Source: Anolis carolinensis (taxonomy: Eukaryota). Taken from it: 64,000 bases of DNA. The position numbers and the translations under genes are program-made. The notes beneath the pieces are model-generated. The model was not told the origin of the DNA, searched no databases, and saw only the letters and a program-made list of their open reading frames with translations. Positions 24,308 to 36,957 of this stretch are shown here, in pieces. How positions within the stretch are numbered: the first letter of the stretch is position 1; the number at the start of each line of letters is the position of its first letter. The DNA is taken from positions 100,354,782 to 100,418,781 of the forward strand of contig NC_085842.1 in NCBI RefSeq assembly GCF_035594765.1, in the 5' to 3' direction.

Positions 24308-26718
24308 AGTGCCTTCTATTGCAGTTAATTAAAAGCATGAATAATCTTCATGATTAATTTCTAATTTATGAATTCCAATACTTTAAAACGGATACAACAC
24401 ATGGGGCAAATGAAGGCATCATCTCCCAATTAAAAATATGATGCAGTCCCCCAATTTCTAGCATTGCCAAGAGTGAGACTTTGAAAATCACTCACATCTT
24501 TAACTATTCCATTTACTGTGTTTGCACTCCGTGGAGCTTGGACTATCTCTTTCCTTTAGATGTGCAAACTGTCTAAATGCTCAGCTGAAGTTCTAAGTTA
24601 CTGCAATGCTAGAAATGCGGGGACTGAAGGAAAAGACATCCTAAAGACAGCCAAGCCTCCCTAACTATGTCCCTGTTCTGATGGAATTTGATGGCCAAAG
24701 AAACATCAAGTATAATGACTGATACTCCAAATCTTTCTCCCTCCACACCCTTTTCTTCATCATTGCTCCCCACCTGTAAAAATATATTTCTGCACCCCTG
24801 TGTACAAATAAGAATACACAGTCAAACTAGGTGTCTTTCCAGCAAATGGAAAAGGTCAGAGCAATAAGTCAAAAACAAACTGTTGGGCCTCAGGGCAAGC
24901 AGTCACCTCCTGCTGTAGCAGGGGAAGTGTTGGCAGGTGATTAGATAAGAAGTTTAAATCTAAAGGAGAATAAAAACCTTTATTTTGGGGTCTATGAGAG
25001 GAAGTGAAAAATCTGCTGCTACAACAAAGGTCAGCCAAGGTAACATGGAAGGAGGCCTAGCCATGTGCTGGAATTGTGTTAAAAGTCAAGCCAGAGTTTG
25101 GAATTTTCCTTGCTTGAAAACACATTGCCAAAAAAATAGTGTAGCACAGATGTTGTAGAATAGATACTGACTCATTAGGAAAGGAAACAATCACATATGT
25201 TGTTGCTGAACAAAATGCAGTCAATGTAATGTTTTTGGTTCCTTGATGCACTGTACTTTTAAAAAATTGTCTTCACTATTTTCATTTTGGATGGCTACCT
25301 CCCCAATCTAGTCCAAGATGTACACCACAGTCTTGCTTCTTCTACACCAAAAACATTATGGTAACACAATTAAAATTTATTATTACATTCAGAAACAAAT
25401 GTCTGTTAATAGACAAGCTAAGCTTATCATTGGGAAAATCAGGTCTTGAATCTGTGATTTAACCTAGAGGGCTACCACAGAATTTGTATGGTGAAGCATT
25501 GAAAGCCCTTTCAGGCACAGAAGCATTCTAGACTTTAAAAAAATCTTCACCTACCAACAGAGGAACAACATGGAAGCAGTCAATGTAGCCTCTCCAGGAG
25601 GGGGATTTCAGAGTTTGGGGGCAGTCACCGAGAAACCTCCACCCCTTTTACCCATTTTATAGGAGTTGTTACAAATGGCATTTATGACATGAAGTTACAA
25701 TATCCAATGAATTTCATGACACTGTCATTTCCCTTTCACTAGAAAAAGCAAATATATATTATGGAAAGTTCCAGTTGCAGAAGTTGATAGAGAACAAAGG
25801 ACTCCGTCTTCCACTGCTTCTGTCTCCTCTTCCTTTCTCCTCTAAAGACTAGCAGCACAACCCACCAAGCATTGTCTGATCCCCCTAAACGAGTGGGAAT
25901 TATGCAGCAGCAGCATTCAGAAGTCTCCAGTGTAAATATTTACTTCTCATGATTGCAGAGAAAATGCAAAGAAAAACAGTTACTGGAAGGTTTTTAAAAA
26001 GAGCATAATTTTAATGGTTTTTAACTATAACCATTTTTTACACTTCTGGCATTAGAAATGCAATTTTGTTCCAGTATTATTTGCAAAACATGAAGCACGT
26101 GATACTTGTTTTCTTACTATATTAATTGAAGAAAGATTTAATCCAGACATGAAACAATCTGTTTTAACCTTTAGATTTGCAGAAAATTCCTTCCTGACTG
26201 TCATACTGGTGAGAATTTGTGTTGTGTTCTCATGTTTCTTATAGAGATTTCAATATAGGTGTTGCAAAATCATTGCATTGCATGGCTTTTCGGATGTCCT
26301 TCCATGTTTTGTCAGATTTAGCCTGTAGTAATGTTTTCTAACTCATCCACTTTTGCTATAATGTACATTCAAACTGATGCCAACTTAAGGTGATCTTATC
26401 ATAAAGTTGTCTTGGCAAGATTTATTTAAAATCCCCAGAGGTTTGTCATTGCCCTTCTCTCAAACTGAAAGTCTGACTCAAGGTTATCCACTTGATTTCC
26501 ATGACGAGTAGGGATTTGTTCTCCTTGTTCTCCCAAAGTCCTACTCCATTCAGACCAAGTACCTCAAATTGATCCTCATCCACTTTAGATATGCAAAACC
26601 ACTACATAATACTGGCTCACTTGGAGTTAATTTGAAGTACAAATATGCCTATAGAGTATATGCCTTCAAGGCACCTGTGAACCTATGGCAACCAAATAAA
26701 TTTTATAGGGTTTTCTTA

Positions 26719-26866
26719 GGCCCCATCTACACTGCCATATAAAATCCAGATTATCTGATTTGAAGTGGATTATATAGCAGTGAAGACTCACATAATCCAG
26801 TTCAAAGCAGATAATGTGGATTATCTGTTTTGATAATCTGGATTATATGGCAGTGTAAAAGGTACT
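26719..26866. mobile_element. Harbinger-type MITE, monomer of the 15028 array unit
   Basis: ggccccatctacactgccatata...tatatggcagtgta palindromic ends. Confidence 0.8.
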
Positions 26867-28865
26867 TCAGTTAACAAATACTCAGAGGTGGTTTCCATTT
26901 CCTTCTTTTGAAATTGCAATCTACGTACCTCTCTTCCAAGTACAAACCAGGCCTCATGTTTTAGAAACATTCTAGCTATGGGGAACAGCATTGTTGCAGA
27001 ATAGAAAGTGTCGGGTGGAACGTCTGTTTCAATTCCACTGTCACTTTATTTAGAGTAAAGCAGAACTCTCAAGATTTCTAAGGTGGAACTGCTCTTCATA
27101 TGTAATAGTACAGCTGAATACTTGACTTGTTTGAAAAACAAAACTCAGCTATCTGAGCCCACTGGGAAAACCATTGTCTTGATGACATATAAGAGGTATA
27201 AACAATTTTTGTTTTCTTCTTATGCTGCCAGTTTTTGGAGGTCTGGAGATTTGTGGCCTTTTTATATAAGCTGTTGATATAGAAACACAGAGCTTGGATG
27301 AATATTATGTAGTGCATGTTGATAATACGATTCCCAATGTGATCTCAGCCTAGAATCCAAAACCAATTAACTTTTCTAGATGTTTGCTGTCACTTTCATG
27401 CTCCTTTTTTTTTTTTACTAACTTGAGCCATTTACTGAAACTTAAAATAGGTGATTTTTGTATACATCTCTAAATCAGTGGCGAGTTCCTATGAGCTAGT
27501 AAAAAGAAATTCAGCTTACTACTGAGACCCTATTTTCCATGGATTTAATTTTAAACCATGATGCTGTTATAATATCTCAGATAATGAACTTTGTTCTTTT
27601 GAGTGAGATTTAAAAGGGCTCACTCTACCTAACTACGGCATAAAAAATATTTCATAGTAGGTCATCAAGCCGACAGGGATTCTCAGACTCCTTGAAGGGT
27701 GATCACATTTATGGCTTTCTTCTTTTAAGACACAGCTTCCCACCAGCTTCTACTTTTTCCCCAGTCCTCTGCAGCACAAAACAAGGGAGGCTGCAGCAAT
27801 GACTGGAGTTGAATTTAGCTCAGGGATTAAAGGGCTGCACAGATGTGCAGGCCAGAGGGATCTTTCTTGTCTCCCCAGTCCTTTCTCAGGATTTGGAAAT
27901 GCTTCTTCATTAGGAGGGAGCATTAAGAAATAACCCGGGCCAAGTTAAATAAAACAGTTCAGATCTTTTGCATTTAGAATGGTGCTATTCTTAAGAGATG
28001 GGTTTTCCAAGTCAGGCTCTTCAGGGTGACAGACAAAGGTTATTTCTATGGTTGGTGTATGAGATCATGGAAGTGATTTGATTTCTACCTGAAAACTTGT
28101 ACATTGAAATCATATAGTCAATCTCCAATTGCAACTGGGCAGAACACTTGATACAAATGTTTGCCTCTGCTTTGCTCACTGAACACTATGATGTGATTCT
28201 ATCTTAATTTTAATCTTGGATTCTTCATGAAAGCTGCCCAGAGATCTTGATCAAAACCTAACTTTTTTTTTCAAGAGTTAGTATTTTTAAACAACCCCAA
28301 TTACTACATAGGGGATAAGCCACAGTTAGCATTGGTTTCAACAGTCCAAGGTTAAGAAGACAAAAAGCCAGTCAGAAAGTGAAGAACAAGCCAGATAGAG
28401 GGATGTGCTGAGGAATAGTTAGGATCAGGGTCCATTTCCAGACTTCAAAGGAATCATATGTCCCAGTTGTCTTCTGTGAAATTCTGGAGAGTATGGACAT
28501 GTCATTTTTATCACTTCAAAAATTACTTTAGTTTTTGTTTCTCCTGATCACATCTCTTTCTCAGTATTATTAATAAGGTGACAGCAACTTACTGATATTG
28601 TTTGAGTAGTTTTGTATTGACCTTCAGGGCAAAGAGCACAGCCAAGAGTCTTTGAAAGATTGAAAACTAGAACAATAATTATGGAACAAATGTGCTTCTC
28701 TCTATATTATTTGAACATATGTTTATATTGATGTATTGAATGTTTCTGTGCCAATTTCCAGGATTCTGCATTTGCCTTAATGTTAGGAGGGTATTAATGA
28801 AAAATGGTTAGTATTTTGTTCTGAGTAAATCTTGGAAGCATTGAAATAATTAATATCAAATGCTT

Positions 28866-28946
28866 AGAATCATAGAATCATAGAATAGTAGAGTTGGAAG
28901 AGACCTCATGGGCCATCTAGTCCAACCCCCCGCTAAGAAGCAGGAA
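28866..28946 (-). mobile_element. CR1 3' end fragment
   Basis: (tagaatca)n tail, the reverse complement of (TGATTCTA)n, followed by gttggaagagacc...tccaacccc. Confidence 0.8.
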
Positions 28947-31312
28947 GTAAGAAGCTTACTTCAGTGCTTCATTCTATACTCTAACAGCTCAATTATAAGA
29001 ATGGATAGTGCTGTAGAAACTTTCTTACTAAAACACAATGCTTCTTAGTGGTCCTAATGGGTGGAGGATTGTGAGAAATAGTCCAAAAAATAATTATTTT
29101 AAGCTCTGGGATGACTTCATAAACATTCCTAACCATAGAAGCAACTGCATCAATTCACCTAGATAGTTTGACTCGTGTCTGAACTGTAGGTCACTCAAAG
29201 TTTAGCAACCACAGAGCCAGGTCTGTGGATGTTATGAGGTTTGTCATGAAACTGATTGTTTACATATTCAGAATACTGTATCTTCATTATAAGATAAGGG
29301 GTAAAACAAATTGTGTTATTTTGCAATGGAGGAAGTAATACTTCCATCCCACAAGCAAGTCTCATTGTATAGATCTTTAGCAGGACAAAGTGATGCACTT
29401 TATGATAGAATTATTGTGTAAAAGGGTCTTTGGGAATGGTATAATTAAATCTGTATTTGGTGTGTCTTCAGGGAGAGGATAACAATATTGGCCAGATATT
29501 ACTCTATTGAAGTAAATAAAAATTTCCATCAAGGGTTACTCCAGACTCAGGATTATTAAAACTATCAACTTGGATCATGTGGTGTTCTGCGCTCCATCAG
29601 TGGAGTGGACTATTACTATATTAGAGATGATATATTAGGGTAATAATTCTCTCATAACCAGAAGCGACTTGCAACATGCAACCAAACAAACCAACGTACC
29701 TTTTCAGGACCAACTATGACAATAATCTCAATCAATATCAAAGGCATGTCAGCTGCTAAAGAACAGCTGCTTTATGAACTGTGCCGAGATAAGAAATGTG
29801 ACATGTTGTGTGTCCAAGAAACACACAGGGATAAACAACAGAAATGACCCAAAATTCCAGGAATGATCTTAGTGGCAGAAAGACCATATGCACAGTATAG
29901 AAGCCCTGTCTTTGTAAAACCAGGCCTCCAAGTCAGCAGTAACCATAACACTGAAGAAAACAATAAAGAGTTTATAACAGTAGAGCTTAATAACATCACA
30001 ATTACCTCTATGTACAACCCCCCAAATGAAGAGTTTTGTTTCTCCTTTCCTGAGAACTTTGATAGGCACCAAAGGACTGTAGTAATTGGTGACTTTAACA
30101 GCCATAACCATGTATGGGGCTATGCTCAGGAGGACAAAAATGGAGAAGCTGTCCTTTCCTGGGCTGAATTGTACAAACTATCTCTTATTCATGATAAGCT
30201 CCCACCATCCTATAACAGTGGGAGATACACTGAGGATATAACCCAGACCTTCTATTTGTGAGTGACAGCATTGTGTAGCAATGCACTAAATCAGTGGGAC
30301 CACCAATACCAAACACACAGCATCGGCCAATAGTATGCCAAATGTTCCCAACTATAAGGCCTCAGGAAGTTTGATTTAACCAAAGATTCAACTTCAGAAA
30401 GGTAGATTGATCTAAATTCTCAAACATGTTAGATGATAAGATCATATTGGTTGCCCCAATCCCTGAGGAATACGAGCGCTTTATCAAAATAGTAAAAACC
30501 TGCTCACGGGCTTCTATAACGAGAGGCTGCAAAACACACTGCCTTCAGTGCATTACTCTGATACAGCTGCCTTGTTGGAAGATGATTACAGGCTCCACAA
30601 TGAAGAGCCATTTAATGAGCAAACTCTTTAGGCACTGCAGAGCATTTTGTCATCCATCTCTAAAGCGAAGAAAGAACAGTGGATAAAGCTGATAACAGAA
30701 GTCAATATGGGCAGGAGCAGTCAGAAGACATGGAGGCTGTTAAGACGGTTGAGCAATGATCCCTCACAAGCGAATACCCATGCTCACATAAAGGCAGATT
30801 AGATAGTGCATCAACTTCCGAAGAATGGGAAACCCAACCTTTCCACCAAAGTAGAAAGGAAACCAATAGTTAGACAACCAGATAATGAGATCAACAACTT
30901 TCATGAACCTTTTACATCTACTGAATTGGACATGGCCCTCAATAAATGTAAAAATGGCAAAGCTGCTGGCCTGGACGATCTACAGATGGAACAAATTAAG
31001 AACTTTGCCCCAAAAGCAAGGTGCTGGCTGCTGAAGCTGATGAACAACTGCATTGCATCCTGTCAGATTCCCAAAATCTGGAGGAAAGCAAGAGTCATAG
31101 CCATCTTGAAACTAGGCAAAGACCGCAATGACCCAAAAAGCTATAGACCAATCTCCTTGTTGTGCCATGTTTACAAAGTTCTGGAGAGACTTATTTTGCA
31201 TAGAATTATGGAAAAAATAGACCCATGTATGATTCCACAGCAAGCTGGCTTCAGGAGAGGCAAAAGCTGCACATCATAAGTATCAAACCTGACTCAGCAC
31301 ATAGAAGATAGG

Positions 31313-32356
31313 TGTCGCACCTCAGCGCTGGTTCACCTTGCTACAACACACACACTCCACCACAGCAGGCTTGAGTTTTTCAGTTTATTGACGAAACAGC
31401 AAAACTTAATAAAAATCAGTAAAGAAAGTTTTATTTATTTCGTGTCAAAAGCATTGTACAACAAATACATTTCAAATAATGGAAATTAAAAAAAGAAAAG
31501 AAATCACAAGCAACTAAATAGTTTTGGACCAAAAGCGGGCAACAGCAACCGCATTGTCTGTAGCTTTAAACAACTCCTCCTCCGTACATGAGGCAGGGTA
31601 TTGTGGGCAAGCATACATATGCTGAGTTGTTTCTTCAGCTCCACAGTCACACAAGGTGGAGGATTCCTCCAGGTAGTGCCACCTTGCCAAGTTGTGTTTT
31701 GATCTGCCCACTCCACTTCTCAGTCTGTAAAGTAAAGAAAGTAAAATCCAATTGCTAGTGCAATCCTTAAACACAGTTCAATGATTTCGTAGATATTAGT
31801 CCAAGGTCCCAAAAATACACAGTAGATCCAAGGTAACATGAAGACATGAGCTTCAAAAGTAATCCAAACACAGATACTAGGCATGAGACAAGACTTGAAC
31901 CGAAAACAAGGCAAGAGATGATTCTCCAAAAGCGAGGTTGCTCTGACTGGAATCTTTCCCAAATTACATCTCTTTTAACCCTCTTTGCAAGACATAAACA
32001 CATTCATGTGCACTCTTGTTTCCCCGCGTCTGCCTGCAATTCCCACAGAGCGACGGAGGCCTGATCTCAACTTTAACCTGGAATCCCTCTCTAACAAGCA
32101 TTCATTCCCCCTCACTACCATCTGAGCTCTGTTGACAATTCTCAGACTCCTGTAGAAGGTCATCCTTATCTTTGCTCAACTGAGAACTTTCCACATTCCC
32201 TTGTTCCGTCTGTTTTCCCAAGTCATCCGGAGCTCCCGAATCACCTGCCTTTCTGAGTCAACAACATTCCCTGGGACAAACTGCTGTTCCACATTTCCTG
32301 GAACAAACTGCTGTTCCCCAAATCCCCTTTCATCATCATCAGACTGAATCACAACA
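31313..32356 (-). mobile_element. Solo LTR (~730 bp excluding nested insert), Gypsy/ERV-like
   Basis: TGT...ACA termini; 5-bp TSD atagg/atggg that restores Vingi HIEDGFER; AATAAA on the - strand near 31385. Confidence 0.75.
31430..31730 (-). mobile_element. 5'-truncated Vingi 3' end nested in the solo LTR
   Basis: 12-bp TSD agtaaagaaagt at 31418-31429 and 31731-31742; encodes RLRSGVGR...CDCG...QHMYACP; tgacacg(aaat)n tail. Confidence 0.85.
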
Positions 32357-32804
32357 ATGGGTTTGAAAGGCAGCAGGATTACCTGGGAAGGAATCCCACT
32401 GGAGCATTGCAACACGCCAAAATACTTGGGAGTTACCCTGGATTTGCCCTGACTTACAAGAAGCTCTGATTGTCTATCAAGCAAAAAGTGGGCGCTAGAA
32501 ATAATATCGTACGAAATCTGACTGGCACAACCTGGGGATCACAACCAGAGACAGTGAAGACATCTGCCCTTGCACTTTTCTACTCTGCTACTGAATACGC
32601 ATGCCCAGTTTGGACTACATCTCATGTTAAAACGGTAGATGTAACTCTTAATGATACATGCTGCATCATCACAGGTCTACGCCCCACACCACTGGAGAAA
32701 TTATACTGTTTAGCTGGCATTGTACCACCTAACATCTGCCGGGAAGTAGCAGCCAGCAGTGAAAGGACCAAGACATTGACATCTCTGGTCCATCCCGTTT
32801 GGGT

Positions 32805-33245
32805 AAGTTCTGGTGTGCAGAACTTGGCGACCTTATAAGTTATAGCCAAGTTTGTATCTGAAAGCAGCAGAGAGATGGAAAATTGTCCAGAGTGCCCTGG
32901 GTGCTTATATAGGCATAGCATAATGACGCGGGATTGAATTTCTCTATAGAACAGGCACAGAAGAAGCACATATTCTATTGTCTCTATGTGTCCTGAATCA
33001 CAGGGGCACAGTCTCTCAGCATATGGGGTCTTCCGGTAACAACCTTCCAATACGGCAGATGGGAGGGCCTGGCAACATGCCAGAGTGAAGGCCCTCCAAT
33101 GGCTAGAAACCTCTACCGTCATTAGATATTTCATAGGAGAGGTACAAAACCTACTGACTGCATCGATAATAAAGGATGGGCCATTGGCTAAGTCCAATTG
33201 GCGCTCAATGTCACTCATGTATTCCATAACTGAGATAGAAGGCAA
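32805..33245 (-). mobile_element. RTE-X-like LINE ORF2 C-terminal fragment
   Basis: RAFTLA...LPSAVLEGCY...ERLCPCDSGHIETIEYVLLLC is homologous to the C-terminus of the 4448-8076 ORF2 but diverged. Confidence 0.75.
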
Positions 33246-33635
33246 TTCACAATAACTACAATTTTAAAATGTGCAAATAAATAACAATAAATTCTGATGC
33301 TAAAATAGTATCAAACATGTTGTAGTATTTTGAAACATTGCAGTTTTTAAAATAAAAAAAGCCAACTACAGCAACTACCCCTTCAAAACCCTGCCCTTTA
33401 AAGCAAGCCAACCAGTCTTGCTTGAATAAGTGTTAAGTAATTATGAGCTTTGGATTTTGATTCTGTAACTCAAATAACCCTGGGGGAGTGTTTTAAAGAT
33501 GTTTTTAAGATGTTTTTAAATTGTTAGATTTTAGCCTGTTCTTGTAAGCCTCCCCGAGCCCTAGGGGAGTGGCGGCATATAAGTTTGAATAATAAATACA
33601 TAAATAAATATATATAGCATTATGGCCTCAGAATT

Positions 33636-33772
33636 TGGTGGAGGCTTTTAAACGGAGGCTGAGTGGTCATCTGGCAGGAGTGCTTTGATTGTGTGTTCCT
33701 GGATGGCAGAATGGGGTTGCACTGGAAGGCCCTTGGAGTCTCTTCCAGCGCTATGGCTCTATGGTTCTATGA
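33636..33772 (+). mobile_element. CR1 3' end fragment
   Basis: gaggctgagtggtcatctg...ggggttgcactggaaggccctt...tcttccagc plus a degenerate (ctatgatt)n tail. Confidence 0.7.
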
Positions 33773-35549
33773 CTGTGATTAGGAACAAAGAAATATTTTC
33801 AATGTTTACTTTCTAACAAGGCTATTTGAAATATATTCCTGTTCAATATATGGTCTTTTTGTTGTTAACCAAGTCAAAAGAAAGTTTCAATAAATGGCTT
33901 AAGTGCAAGTAATTGCCATGGCTCAGTATTCTACACAGGGAAAAATTAATATATGAGATGAAAATGTCAAAATAAAAGGTCAGGGAAGTGAATTGAAGAA
34001 GAAAGTTGAACATTACCTAAAAGAACCTGTTTGTTGGTAGAAGCTCCCTCTGGCATTTAAAAAAAAGTGTTAGGAGGGGATATATAATGACTGAATATTT
34101 CACACTTAATTAAAATGTTACATAAGGTTTCCAAAGTGTCCTGTTTCATGTAATGAAAAATAGATATCCATTGCTGCAGGGTTTTGTCTTGAGATAATTT
34201 ATATGCTGAAAGTGATGTTTGACAGGTCATTTCAGGAGACACATACAGCATAGTTGTCAGGAGACATACACAGCATAGTATATGCTTATTCACATGTGAG
34301 TGTGTCTTCTCAATATATTAGAAAACTTTCACTTTTGCATGGAATGTATAGATGGATAATTCTAATTCATTCAGTAGATTAGCACTACAGTCTTTCATCT
34401 TTTTTGGAGATTAGTTGCATAGCGTTGTACTGAGTTAAACATAATTTATATCTAAGTAAAGATGAAAGAGTCAGTTTGGTGTAGTGGCCTGAGTGCTGGA
34501 TAAGATTTCCAGAAAACCAAGGTTTGAATGCTCTCTTAGCCATGGAAACTTAGTGGGTTTCCTTGGGCAAGTCTTACATGTTCACTATTTGAAGAAGGCA
34601 ATGACAAACCCCTTCTGAATAAATCTTGCCCCAAAAAATCCATGATTAGTTCTCCTTAGGTTCTCCATAAGTTAGTGGGAAATACCAACAAATGTATAGT
34701 TAGCACCACATTCTTGCTAAAGCAGGATGGGTGGAGTGGTTCTTCAAAGTCTTGAAATGATCTGGCAATAAAGGTTGACCTATTATGTTATAGTGGTGCA
34801 TTGGCCATCACTAGTGCAGTGAGAGTAATATCTACTATTTTGGCCAAAATAGTAGGTAATATGAACAGAGCTGGTATGTGGATGAATGGTATGCTGGTTT
34901 CAAAGGTTTATTTTAGAAAAATGAAAGTTGAAATAGATATGTCGAGTATCAAGAAGAACTGTAACAAGATTGAATAATTATTAAAATATTTCTATTATGT
35001 CCTATATCCATGGCTCTTAAGGTACAAAAAAGTCAATATAAATGGTTTAAGAATAATTTTATATGCTAAAAGCATATAAAATGTCTTATCAACTTCAAAC
35101 AAGATAGTGAAAACCAGCTAAAACTGTCTAAATCAAATTTAAAACCACACACAGACAGTTGTGGACTAAATTAATCAGTTCCTAAAGGCTTTAGCAAAAA
35201 GCCAAAATTTTACTTGGTACTGGAATGACAACAAGATAAGTACCAGCTGGGCTGCTAAAGACAGAGAATTATTACTAGATTATTACTGACAGGATGCTTG
35301 GATGAAAGACCAAATATTTGTGTACATATTGTTTGCCTGGGCATGGTCGACTCTCCGCCGGACGATGGTGAACAATAAACACACTGACAAAATAACTGTT
35401 TGGGTAAACTGGCCACAACATTTTATTGGTTACAGGAATGAAGGGTTGGCTGCCCTGCATGGGTCCCGGATCAATGATCTGACAGCCCCTTGCTGCCTGA
35501 TCCAAATGAGTCACGGCGCAACCGACACCTGGCCCGGTAGTCGGTCTCC

Positions 35550-35564
35550 AGCGCCACCTGGCGG
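35550..35564 (-). promoter_or_regulatory. CTCF core-like motif inside the element's 3' region
   Basis: - strand CCGCCAGGTGGCGCT fits the CTCF core CC(A/G)(C/G)(C/T)AG(A/G)(G/T)GGC(A/G)(C/G); motif match only. Confidence 0.45.
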
Positions 35565-35865
35565 TAGCTAAAATATCCCCTCCCCCCTGATGCCAATGAA
35601 AAGGGGGGGGGGGTGGAGTATTTTACGAGATCCGAGACCCATGTCACACGCCACAAAAGGAGGGTGGGGACCCCCCACTCTCCTTGCCGCCAACCCTACC
35701 TTCCGTAGCCAACAAAAGCGATAACGTGAATAACGATGTGTGTAACTGACAACGCTCCCCGACATGGATACCGATTGCCCCAACAGTGGGCGGCGAGGCG
35801 CTGCCATGCAGCTATCCGACGGCCTGAGTCCTGTCCCGCCTCGCAGCTTGATGCGAGAGTCCTCA

Positions 35866-36957
35866 TCAGTCCATCCAGCGCTTAGGGGGTAATTTCGCCT
35901 TCCTGTGGCGGCCACAGCGCTCGGTTCCCCCCGACCGACCGCTGCTGGATGATGCCATCTCTCTCCCGCCAACTGATCTCCTCGACTCCCGGCGGCGCAC
36001 CTGAGGAAAAGGAGGAGAGGGGCCGGCAGACCTCGTAGCCTCCAGGAGAAGGCCGGGTCTGATGTATGATGAGTAAGCTGCCGATTTCCACCTCCCCATG
36101 GCTTTTATGATGTCCACTGGCACACCTCCCACCGCTGCAGTGGTGGCTGCTCCTATCCTGAATGAATGCCCTCCGTACTCCGCAGCGGGAAGGCCCAGGC
36201 CTAGTAGGGCGCTGCGGAATATCGCCATGAACTGGTATCTAGATAGTGGGGTACCATTGCGATGGATGAAAAGCGTTCCCGGGGATGACTTACGAATGTG
36301 TAAATATTCAGAGAGTGCCCTGACTGGACATAACCGCCCCGGTTCTAACCCTTGGATGTTGAGGGATGCCCCTCTTCCCCCTTGATCAGTCTTGGATTGC
36401 CTGATCCGAATAACCAATGAATTATGCCTGATAGAAACATCCCTGAGCTGTAGTGCCCTCCCAGAACCATCGGACTTGGAGTCGGTCACCACCTCCCCCA
36501 GTCTCAGTGCCCCAAAGAAGGCTGTGGTATAAGCTGCTGTGAAAAGTTTCACCTCATAACGTGAAGCGCAGATTCCCTTCAGTGACGAGATGAGCCTGCA
36601 GAGTGTGTTGTAAGAGAGGGGGCGTCTTCCATCTTTCTGCTTCGGTGCTCGCTTGCTCCATCCTCTCAATAACTTCCTTGTTCTGTAGTCATTGCATGGG
36701 TCTCCCCATCCTGCCGCTTTGCTGTGGAAGGCAATGCCTGCCAGTTGCCGCCGCATGGCGTGTGCTGAGACGTTGGCCCTCCTCTGATGAATGATGAAAT
36801 GTAGCACCTCGTCCTCGCTGGTTGGCCATCTGCTGCCGTACCCCGCTTCCAGCCTGAATTTGATGAATGTAGTCATAGCTGCACGGTAGGCCCTCCTGGT
36901 CGCGGGAGCAATGGTTAGCATCAGTTCTGACCAGGCTTCTCCTCTCCAAGGGTCCAC
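35866..36957 (-). CDS. Tyrosine recombinase (intact ORF, overlaps the RT ORF)
   Basis: GALRLGE (R), SKTDQ (K), HSFRIG (HxxR), GRW and catalytic Tyr in SSYIR. Confidence 0.93.
   Translation of the reverse strand: MDPWRGEAWSELMLTIAPATRRAYRAAMTTFIKFRLEAGYGSRWPTSEDEVLHFIIHQRRANVSAHAMRRQLAGIAFHSKAAGWGDPCNDYRTRKLLRGWSKRAPKQKDGRRPLSYNTLCRLISSLKGICASRYEVKLFTAAYTTAFFGALRLGEVVTDSKSDGSGRALQLRDVSIRHNSLVIRIRQSKTDQGGRGASLNIQGLEPGRLCPVRALSEYLHIRKSSPGTLFIHRNGTPLSRYQFMAIFRSALLGLGLPAAEYGGHSFRIGAATTAAVGGVPVDIIKAMGRWKSAAYSSYIRPGLLLEATRSAGPSPPFPQVRRRESRRSVGGREMASSSSGRSGGTERCGRHRKAKLPPKRWMD

Larger units (their letters stand above)
29646..32803 (+). mobile_element. Vingi (Ingi-related) LINE, degenerate, interrupted by a solo LTR and internally deleted
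   Basis: Single APE-RT ORF remnants: ISINIKG, CVQETH, IGDFNSH, GKAAGLD, SYRPISLL, QAGFR, PKYLGVTLD, TWGSQPETVKTSALAL.YS..EY..PVW. Confidence 0.8.

Noticed and set aside
29630-29680. Vingi 5' HDV-like ribozyme hallmark
   Set aside because: Only the last few nucleotides (aattctctc...ccagaagcgacttgca) remain; the fold cannot be built from this copy.
35855-35900. CUGAUGA and GAAA on the - strand of the YR element as a hammerhead
   Set aside because: GAAA lies upstream of CUGAUGA and the required stem II pairing is absent.
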